Source of the DNA: Eledone cirrhosa
Taxonomy: Eukaryota
Length of the DNA: 64,000 nucleotides
Direction: 5' to 3'
Assembly (NCBI GenBank): GCA_964016885.1
Contig: OZ024740.1
Location: 16,182,001-16,246,000, forward strand
Both the position numbers and the translations under genes were made by a program. Position 1 is the first letter of the stretch. Every line of letters begins with the position of its first letter. The notes beneath the pieces were generated by a model that saw only the letters and a program-made list of their open reading frames with translations, did no database searches and was not told where the DNA came from. Below are positions 52,301 to 62,410 of this stretch, piece after piece.

Positions 52301-55300
52301 TTCAGAGAAGAAACTCTTAGGAGAGCTGGATAGCAGAAGGTCTTCAGAGAAGAAACTCTCGGGAGAGCTGGACAGCAGAAGGTCTTTAGAGAAGAAACTC
52401 TCAGGAAGGCTAGACAGCAGAAGGTCTTCAGAGGAGAAACTCTCAGGAGAGATAGACAGCAGAAGTCTTCAGAGAAGAAACTCTCAGGAGAGCTGGACAG
52501 CAGAAGGTCTTCAGAGAAGAAACTCTCAGGAGAGCTGGACAGAAGAAGGTCTTCAGAGAAGAAACTCTCCGGAGAGCTGGATAGCAGAAGGTCTTCAGAG
52601 AAGAAGCTCTCGGGAGAGCTGGACAGCAGAAGGTCTTTAGAGAAGAAACTCTCAGGAGAGCTGGCCAGCAGAAGGTCTTCAGAGAAGAAACTGTCAGGAG
52701 AGCTGGAAAGCAGAAGGTCTTCAGAGAAGAAACTCTCAGGAGAGCTAGTCAGCAGAAGGTCTTCAGAGATGAAACTGTCAGGGGAGCTGGACAGCAGAAG
52801 GTCTTTAGAGAAGAAACTCTCAGGAGAGCTGGACAGCAGAAGGTCTTCAGAGAAGAAACTGTCAGGAGAGCTGGACAGCAGAAGGTCTTCAGAGAAGAAA
52901 CTCTCAGGAGAGCTAGACAGCAGAAGTTCTTCAGAGAAGAAACTCTCAGGAGGGGCTGGACAACAGAGGGTCTTCAGAGAAGAAACTCTCAGGAGAGCTG
53001 GACAGCAGAAGGTATTTAGAGGAGAAACTCTCAGGAGAGCTAGACAGCAGAAGGTCTTCAGAGAAGAAACTCTCCGGAGAGCTGGACAGCAGAAGGTCTT
53101 CAGAGAAGAAACTCTGAGGAGAGCTGGACAGCAGAAGGTCTTCAGAGAAGAAACTCTGCGATGAGTTGTACAGTAGGTCTTCAGAGAAGAAACTCTCCGG
53201 AGAGCTGGACAGCAGAAGGTCTTCAGAGAAGAAACTCTTAGGAGAGCTGGATAGCAGAAGGTCTTCAGAGAAGAAACTCTCGGGAGAGCTGGACAGCAGA
53301 AGGTCTTTAGAGAAGAAACTCTCAGGAAGGCTAGACAGCAGAAGGTCTTCAGAGGAGAAACTCTCAGGAGAGATAGACAGCAGAAGTCTTCAGAGAAGAA
53401 ACTCTCAGGAGAGCTGGACAGCAGAAGGTCTTCAGAGAAGAAACTCTCAGGAGAGCAGGACAGCAGAAGGTCTTCAGAGAAGAAACTCTTAGGAGAGCTG
53501 GATAGCAGAAGGTCTTCAGAGAAGAAACTCTCAGGAGTGCTGGACAGCAGAAGGTCTTCAGAGAAGAAACTCTTAGGAGAGCTGGATAGCAGAAGGTCTT
53601 CAGAGAAGAAACTCTCGGGAGAGCTGGACAGCAGAAGGTCTTTAGAGAAGAAACTCTCAGGAAGGCTAGACAGCAGAAGGTCTTCAGCGGAGAAACTCTC
53701 AGGAGAGATAGACAGCAGAAGTCTTCAGAGAAGAAACTCTCAGGAGAGCTGGACAGCAGAAGGTCTTCAGAGAAGAAACTCTCAGTAGAGCTGGACAGCA
53801 GAAGGTCTTCAGAGAAGAAACTCTTAGGAGAGCTGGATAGCAGAAGGTCTTCAGAGAAGAAACTCTCGGGAGAGCTGGACAGCAGAAGGTCTTCAGAGAA
53901 GAAACTCTCAGGAGAGCTAGACAGCAGAAGGTCTTCAGAGGAGAAACTCTCAGGAGAGATAGACAGCAGAAGTCTTCAGAGAAGAAACTCGCAGGAGAGC
54001 TGGACAGCAGAAGGTCTTCAGAGAAGAAACTCTCAGGAGAGCTGGACAGAAGAAGGTCTTCAGAGAAGAAACTCTCCGGAGAGCTGGATAGCAGAAGGTC
54101 TTCAGAGAAGAAACTCTCGGGAGAGCTGGACAGCAGAAGGTCTTTAGAGAAGAAACTCTCGGGAGAGCTGGACAGCAGAAGGTCTTTAGAGAAGAAACTC
54201 TCAGGAAGGCTAGACAGCAGAAGGTCTTCAGAGGAGAAACTCTCAGGAGAGATAGACAGCAGAAGTCTTCAGAGAAGAAACTCTCAGGAGAGCTGGACAG
54301 CAGAAGGTCTTCAGAGAAGAAACTCTCAGGAGAGCAGGACAGCAGAAGGTCTTCAGAGAAGAAACTCTTAGGAGAGCTGGATAGCAGAAGGTCTTCAGAG
54401 AAGAAACTCTCAGGAGTGCTGGACAGCAGAAGGTCTTCAGAGAAGAAACTCTTAGGAGAGCTGGATAGCAGAAGGTCTTCAGAGAAGAAACTCTCGGGAG
54501 AGCTGGACAGCAGAAGGTCTTTAGAGAAGAAACTCTCAGGAAGGCTAGACAGCAGAAGGTCTTCAGCGGAGAAACTCTGAGGAGAGCTGGACAGCAGAAG
54601 GTCTTCAGAGAAGAAACTCTGCGATGAGTTGTACAGTAGGTCTTCAGAGAAGAAACTCTCCGGAGAGCTGGACAGCAGAAGGTCTTCAGAGAAGAAACTC
54701 TTAGGAGAGCTGGATAGCAGAAGGTCTTCAGAGAAGAAACTCTCGGGAGAGCTGGACAGCAGAAGGTCTTTAGAGAAGAAACTCTCAGGAAGGCTAGACA
54801 GCAGAAGGTCTTCAGCGGAGAAACTCTCAGGAGAGATAGACAGCAGAAGGTCTTTAGAGAAGAAACTCTCAGGAGAGCTGGCCAGCAGAAGGTCTTCAGA
54901 GAAGAAACTCTCAGGAGAGCTGGACAGTAGAAGGTCTTCAGAGAAGAAACTCTCAGGAGAGATAGACAGCGGAAGGTCTTCAGAGAAGAAACTCTCAGGA
55001 GAGATGGACAGCAGAAGGTCTTTAGAGAAGAAACTCTTGGGAGAGCTGGACAGCAGAAGTTCTTCAGAGAAGAAACTCTCAGGAGTGTTGGACAGCAGAA
55101 GGTCTTCAGAGAAGAAACTCTCGGGAGAGCTGGACAGCAGAAGGTCTTTAGAGAAGAAACTCTCAGGAGAGCTAGACAGCAGAAGGTCTTCAGAGAAGAA
55201 ACTCTCGGGAGAGCTGGACAGCAGAAGGTCTTCAGAGATGAAACTGTCAGGAGAGCTGGACAGCAGAAGGTCTTCAGAGAAGAAACTGTCAGGAGAGCTG

Positions 55301-58300
55301 GACAGCAGAAGGTCTTCAGAGAAGAAACTCTCAGGAGAGCTAGTCAGCAGAAGGTCTTCAGAGATGAAACTGTCAGGAAAGCTGGACAGTTGGTCTTCAG
55401 AGAAGAAACTCTCGGGAGAGCTGGACAGCAGAATGTCTTTAGAAAAGAAACTCTCAGGAGAGCTGGACAGTAGAAGGTCTTTAAAGAAGAAACTCTCAGG
55501 AGAGCTGGACAGCAGAAGGTCTTCAGTGACGAAACTGTCAGGAGAACTGGACAGCAGAAGGTCTTTAGAGAAGAAACTCTCAGGATAGCTGGACAGCAGA
55601 AGGTCTTCAGAAAAGAAACTGTCATGAGAGCTGGACAGCAGAAGGTCCTCAGAGAAGAAACTCTCACGAGAGCTGGACAGCAGAAGGTCTTTAGAGAAGA
55701 AGATCTCAGGAGAGCTGGACAGCAGAAGGTCTTCAGAGAAGAAACTCTCCGGAGAGCTAGACAGCAGAAGGTCTTCAGAGAAGAAATTCTAGGGAGAGCT
55801 GGACAGCAGAAGGTCTTCAGTGAAGAAACTCAGGAGAGCTAGACAGCAGAAGGTCTTCAGAGAAGAAACTGTCAGGAAAGCTGGACAGCAGAAGGTCTTC
55901 AGAGAAGAAACTCTCAGGAGAGCTAGACAGCAGAAGGTCTTCAGAGTAGAAACTCTCAGGAGAGCTGGACAGCAGAAGGGCTTCAGAGAAGAAACTCTCA
56001 GGAGAGCTGGACAGCAGGAGGTCTTCAGAAAAGAATCTCTCATGACAGCTGGACAGCAGAAGGTCTTCAGAGAAGAAACTCTCAGGAGAGCTAGACAGCA
56101 GAAGGTCTTCAGAGCAGAAACTGTCAGGGGAGCTGGACAGCAGAAGGTCTTTAGAGAAGAAACTCTCAGGAGAGCTGGACAGCAGAAGGTCTTCAGAGAA
56201 GAAACTGTCAGGAGAGCTGGACAGCAGAAGGTCTTCAGAGAAGAAACTCTCAGGAGAGCTAGACAGCAGAAGTTCTTCAGAGAAGAAACTCTCAGGAGGG
56301 GCTGGACAACAGAGGGTCTTCAGAGAAGAAACTCTCAGGAGAGCTGGACAGCAGAAGGTATTTAGAGGAGAAACTCTCAGGAGAGCTAGACAGCAGAAGG
56401 TCTTCAGAGAAGAAACTCTCCGGAGAGCTGGACAGCAGAAGGTCTTCAGAGAAGAAACTCTGAGGAGAGCTGGACAGCAGAAGGTCTTCAGAGAAGAAAC
56501 TCTGCGATGAGTTGTACAGTAGGTCTTCAGAGTAAGAAACTCTCCGGAGAGCTGGACAGCAGAAGGTCTTCAGAGAAGAAACTCTTAGGAGAGCTGGATA
56601 GCAGAAGGTCTTCAGAGAAGAAACTCTCGGGAGAGCTGGACAGCAGAAGGTCTTTAGAGAAGAAACTCTCAGGAAGGCTAGACAGCAGAAGGTCTTCAGA
56701 GGAGAAACTCTCAGGAGAGATAGACAGCAGAAGTCTTCAGAGAAGAAACTCTCAGGAGAGCTGGACAGCAGAAGGTCTTCAGAGAAGAAACTCTCAGGAG
56801 AGCAGGACAGCAGAAGGTCTTCAGAGAAGAAACTCTTAGGAGAGCTGGATAGCAGAAGGTCTTCAGAGAAGAAACTCTCAGGAGTGCTGGACAGCAGAAG
56901 GTCTTCAGAGAAGAAACTCTTAGGAGAGCTGGATAGCAGAAGGTCTTCAGAGAAGAAACTGTCGGGAGAGCTGGACAGCAGAAGGTCTTTAGAGAAGAAA
57001 CTCTCAGGAAGGCTAGACAGCAGAAGGTCTTCAGCGGAGAAACTCTCAGGAGAGATAGACAGCAGAAGTCTTCAGAGAAGAAACTCTCAGGAGAGCTGGA
57101 CAGCAGAAGGTCTTCAGAGAAGAAACTCTCAGTAGAGCTGGACAGCAGAAGGTCTTCAGAGAAGAAACTCTTAGGAGAGCTGGATAGCAGAAGGTCTTCA
57201 GAGAAGAAACTCTCGGGAGAGCTGGACAGCAGAAGGTCTTCAGAGAAGAAACTCTCAGGAGAGCTAGACAGCAGAAGGTCTTCAGAGGAGAAACTCTCAG
57301 GAGAGATAGACAGCAGAAGTCTTCAGAGAAGAAACTCTCAGGAGAGCTGGACAGCAGAAGGTCTTCAGAGAAGAAACTCTCAGGAGAGCTGGACAGCAGA
57401 AGGTCTTCAGAGACGAAACTGTCAGGAGAACTGGACAGCAGAAGGTCTTTAGAGAAGAAACTCTCAGGATAGCTGGACAGCAGAAGGTCTTCAGAAAAGA
57501 AACTGTCATGAGAGCTGGACAGCAGAAGGTCCTCAGAGAAGAAACTCTCACGAGAGCTGGACAGCAGAAGGTCTTTAGAGAAGAAGATCTCAGGAGAGCT
57601 GGACAGCAGAAGGTCTTCAGAGAAGAAACTCTCAGGAGAGCTGGACAGCAGAAGGTCTTCAGAGAAGAAACTCTCAGGAGAGCTGGTCAGCAGAAGGTCT
57701 TCAGAGAAGAAACTCTTAGGAGAGCTGGACAGCAGGAGGTCTTCAGAAAAGAATCGCTCATGAGAGCTGGACAGCAGAAGGTCTTCAGAGAAGAAACTCT
57801 CCGGAGAGCTAGACAGCAGAAGGTCTTCAGAGAAGAAACTCTAGGGAGAGCTGGACAGCAGAAGGTCTTCAGTGAAGAAACTCAGGAGAGCTAGACAGCA
57901 GAAGGTCTTCAGAGAAGAAACTGTCAGGAAAGCTGGACAGCAGAAGGTCTTCAGAGAAGAAACTCTCAGGAGAGCTAGACAGCAGAAGGTCTTCAGAGTA
58001 GAAACTCTCAGGAGAGCTGGACAGCAGAAGGGCTTCAGAGAAGAAACTCTCAGGAGAGCTGGACAGCAGAAGGTCTTCAGAGAAGAAACTCTCAGGAGAG
58101 ATAGACAGCAGAAGTCTTCAGAGAAGAAACTCTCAGGAGAGCTGGACAGCAGAAGGTCTTCAGAGAAGAAACTCTCAGGAGAGCTGGACAGCAGAAGGTC
58201 TTCAGAGAAGAAACTCTTAGGAGAGCTGGATAGCAGAAGGTCTTCAGAGAAGAAACTCTCGGGAGAGCTGGACAGCAGAAGGTCTTTAGAGAAGAAACTC

Positions 58301-60060
58301 TCAGGAAGGCTAGACAGCAGAAGGTCTTCAGAGGAGAAACTCTCAGGAGAGATAGACAGCAGAAGTCTTCAGAGAAGAAACTCTCAGGAGAGCTGGACAG
58401 CAGAAGGTCTTCAGAGAAGAAACTCTCAGGAGAGCTGGACAGAAGAAGGTCTTCAGAGAAGAAACTCTCCGGAGAGCTGGATAGCAGAAGGTCTTCAGAG
58501 AAGAAGCTCTCGGGAGAGCTGGACAGCAGAAGGTCTTTAGAGAAGAAACTCTCAGGAGAGCTGGCCAGCAGAAGGTCTTCAGAGAAGAAACTGTCAGGAG
58601 AGCTGGAAAGCAGAAGGTCTTCAGAGAAGAAACTCTCAGGAGAGCTAGTCAGCAGAAGGTCTTCAGAGATGAAACTGTCAGGGGAGCTGGACAGCAGAAG
58701 GTCTTTAGAGAAGAAACTCTCAGGAGAGCTGGACAGCAGAAGGTCTTCAGAGAAGAAACTGTCAGGAGAGCTGGACAGCAGAAGGTCTTCAGAGAAGAAA
58801 CTCTCAGGAGAGCTAGACAGCAGAAGTTCTTCAGAGAAGAAACTCTCAGGAGGGGCTGGACAACAGAGGGTCTTCAGAGAAGAAACTCTCAGGAGAGCTG
58901 GACAGCAGAAGGTATTTAGAGGAGAAACTCTCAGGAGAGCTAGACAGCAGAAGGTCTTCAGAGAAGAAACTCTCCGGAGAGCTGGACAGCAGAAGGTCTT
59001 CAGAGAAGAAACTCTGAGGAGAGCTGGACAGCAGAAGGTCTTCAGAGAAGAAACTCTGCGATGAGTTGTACAGTAGGTCTTCAGAGAAGAAACTCTCCGG
59101 AGAGCTGGACAGCAGAAGGTCTTCAGAGAAGAAACTCTTAGGAGAGCTGGATAGCAGAAGGTCTTCAGAGAAGAAACTCTCGGGAGAGCTGGACAGCAGA
59201 AGGTCTTTAGAGAAGAAACTCTCAGGAAGGCTAGACAGCAGAAGGTCTTCAGAGGAGAAACTCTCAGGAGAGATAGACAGCAGAAGTCTTCAGAGAAGAA
59301 ACTCTCAGGAGAGCTGGACAGCAGAAGGTCTTCAGAGAAGAAACTCTCAGGAGAGCAGGACAGCAGAAGGTCTTCAGAGAAGAAACTCTTAGGAGAGCTG
59401 GATAGCAGAAGGTCTTCAGAGAAGAAACTCTCAGGAGTGCTGGACAGCAGAAGGTCTTCAGAGAAGAAACTCTTAGGAGAGCTGGATAGCAGAAGGTCTT
59501 CAGAGAAGAAACTCTCGGGAGAGCTGGACAGCAGAAGGTCTTTAGAGAAGAAACTCTCAGGAAGGCTAGACAGCAGAAGGTCTTCAGCGGAGAAACTCTC
59601 AGGAGAGATAGACAGCAGAAGTCTTCAGAGAAGAAACTCTCAGGAGAGCTGGACAGCAGAAGGTCTTCAGAGAAGAAACTCTCAGTAGAGCTGGACAGCA
59701 GAAGGTCTTCAGAGAAGAAACTCTTAGGAGAGCTGGATAGCAGAAGGTCTTCAGAGAAGAAACTCTCGGGAGAGCTGGACAGCAGAAGGTCTTCAGAGAA
59801 GAAACTCTCAGGAGAGCTAGACAGCAGAAGGTCTTCAGAGGAGAAACTCTCAGGAGAGATAGACAGCAGAAGTCTTCAGAGAAGAAACTCGCAGGAGAGC
59901 TGGACAGCAGAAGGTCTTCAGAGAAGAAACTCTCAGGAGAGCTGGACAGAAGAAGGTCTTCAGAGAAGAAACTCTCCGGAGAGCTGGATAGCAGAAGGTC
60001 TTCAGAGAAGAAACTCTCGGGAGAGCTGGACAGCAGAAGGTCTTTAGAGAAGAAACTCTC
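48246..60060 (+). repeat. Tandem duplication of a 5900-bp unit (141 monomers): 48246-54160 matches 54146-60060
   Basis: ORF pairs at exact offset 5900 (48729/54629, 49920/55820, 50607/56507, 51972/57872, 53537/59437). 141x42 = 5922, and the summed indels (-22) give 5900. The private insertion CAGAGTAAGAAAC is present in both copies (~50630, ~56530). Flanking mismatches are at 48245/54145 and 54161/60061. Confidence 0.95.
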
Positions 60061-62410
60061 AGGAGAGCTGGCCAGCAGAAGGTCTTCAGAGAAGAAACTG
60101 TCAGGAGAGCTGGACAGCAGGAGGTCTTCAGAGAAGAAACTCTCAGGAGAGCTAGTCAGCAGAAGGTCTTCAGAGATGAAACTGTCAGGAAAGCTGGACA
60201 GTAGGTCTTCAGAGAAGAAACTCTCGGGAGAGCTGGACAGCAGAATGTCTTTAGAAAAGAAACTCTCAGGCGAGCTGGACAGTAGAAGGTCTTTAAAGAA
60301 GAAACTCTCAGGAGAGCTGGACAGCAGAAGGTCTTCAGAGACGAAACTGTCAGGAGAACTGGACAGCAGAAGGTCTTTAGAGAAGAAACTCTCAGGATAG
60401 CTGGACAGCAGAAGGTCTTCAGAAAAGAAACTGTCATGAGAGCTGGACAGCAGAAGGTCCTCAGAGAAGAAACTCTCACGAGAGCTGGACAGCAGAAGGT
60501 CTTTAGAGAAGAAGATCTCAGGAGAGCTGGACAGCAGAAGGTCTTCAGAGAAGAAACTCTCAGGAGAGCTGGACAGCAGAAGGTCTTCAGAGAAGAAACT
60601 CTCAGGAGAGCTGGTCAGCAGAAGGTCTTCAGAGAAGAAACTCTTAGGAGAGCTGGACAGCAGGAGGTCTTCAGAAAAGAATCGCTCATGAGAGCTGGAC
60701 AGCAGAAGGTCTTCAGAGAAGAAACTCTCCGGAGAGCTAGACAGCAGAAGGTCTTCAGAGAAGAAACTCTAGGGAGAGCTGGACAGCAGAAGGTCTTCAG
60801 TGAAGAAACTCAGGAGAGCTAGACAGCAGAAGGTCTTCAGAGAAGAAACTGTCAGGAAAGCTGGACAGCAGAAGGTCTTCAGAGAAGAAACTCTCAGGAG
60901 AGCTAGACAGCAGAAGGTCTTCAGAGTAGAAACTCTCAGGAGAGCTGGACAGCAGAAGGGCTTCAGAGAAGAAACTCTCAGGAGAGCTGGACAGCAGAAG
61001 GTCTTCAGAGAAGAAACTCTCAGGAGAGATAGACAGCAGAAGTCTTCAGAGAAGAAACTCTCAGGAGAGCTGGACAGCAGAAGGTCTTCAGAGAAGAAAC
61101 TCTCAGGAGAGCTGGACAGCAGAAGGTCTTCAGAGAAGAAACTCTTAGGAGAGCTGGATAGCAGAAGGTCTTCAGAGAAGAAACTCTCGGGAGAGCTGGA
61201 CAGCAGAAGGTCTTTAGAGAAGAAACTCTCAGGAAGGCTAGACAGCAGAAGGTCTTCAGAGGAGAAACTCTCAGGAGAGATAGACAGCAGAAGTCTTCAG
61301 AGAAGAAACTCTCAGGAGAGCTGGACAGCAGAAGGTCTTCAGAGAAGAAACTCTCAGGAGAGCTGGACAGAAGAAGGTCTTCAGAGAAGAAACTCTCCGG
61401 AGAGCTGGATAGCAGAAGGTCTTCAGAGAAGAAGCTCTCGGGAGAGCTGGACAGCAGAAGGTCTTTAGAGAAGAAACTCTCAGGAGAGCTGGCCAGCAGA
61501 AGGTCTTCAGAGAAGAAACTGTCAGGAGAGCTGGAAAGCAGAAGGTCTTCAGAGAAGAAACTCTCAGGAGAGCTAGTCAGCAGAAGGTCTTCAGAGATGA
61601 AACTGTCAGGAAAGCTTGACAGTAGGTCTTCAGAGAAGAAACTCTCGGGAGAGCTGGACAGCAGAATGTCTTTAGAAAAGAAACTCTCAGGAGAGCTGGA
61701 CAGTAGAAGGTCTTTAAAGAAGAAACTCTCAGGAGAGCTGGACAGCAGAAGGTCTTCAGAGACGAAACTGTCAGGAGAACTGGACAGCAGAAGGTCTTTA
61801 GAGAAGAAACTCTCAGGATAGCTGGACAGCAGAAGGTCTTCAGAAAAGAAACTGTCATGAGAGCTGGACAGCAGAAGGTCCTCAGAGAAGAAACTCTCAC
61901 GAGAGCTGGACAGCAGAAGGTCTTTAGAGAAGAAGATCTCAGGAGAGCTGGACAGCAGAAGGTCTTCAGAGAAGAAACTCTCAGGAGAGCTGGACAGCAG
62001 AAGGTCTTCAGAGAAGAAACTCTCAGGAGAGCTGGTCAGCAGAAGGTCTTCAGAGAAGAAACTCTTAGGAGAGCTGGACAGCAGGAGGTCTTCAGAAAAG
62101 AATCGCTCATGAGAGCTGGACAGCAGAAGGTCTTCAGAGAAGAAACTCTCCGGAGAGATAGACAGCAGAAGGTCTTCAGAGAAGAAACTCTAGGGAGAGC
62201 TGGACAGCAGAAGGTCTTCAGTGAAGAAACTCAGGAGAGCTAGACAGCAGAAGGTCTTCAGAGAAGAAACTGTCAGGAATGCTGGACAGCAGAAGGTCTT
62301 CAGAGAAGAAACTCTCAGGAGAGCTAGACAGCAGAAGGTCTTCAGAGTAGAAACTCTCAGGAGAGCTGGACAGCAGAAGGGCTTCAGAGAAGAAACTCTC
62401 AGGAGAGCTG
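59830..62410 (+). repeat. Tandem duplication with period 1421 bp (34 monomers), second copy partial
   Basis: ORF pairs 60156/61577, 60436/61857 and 60800/62221. 34x42 = 1428, and indels (-3,-2,-1,-1) give 1421. Confidence 0.88.
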
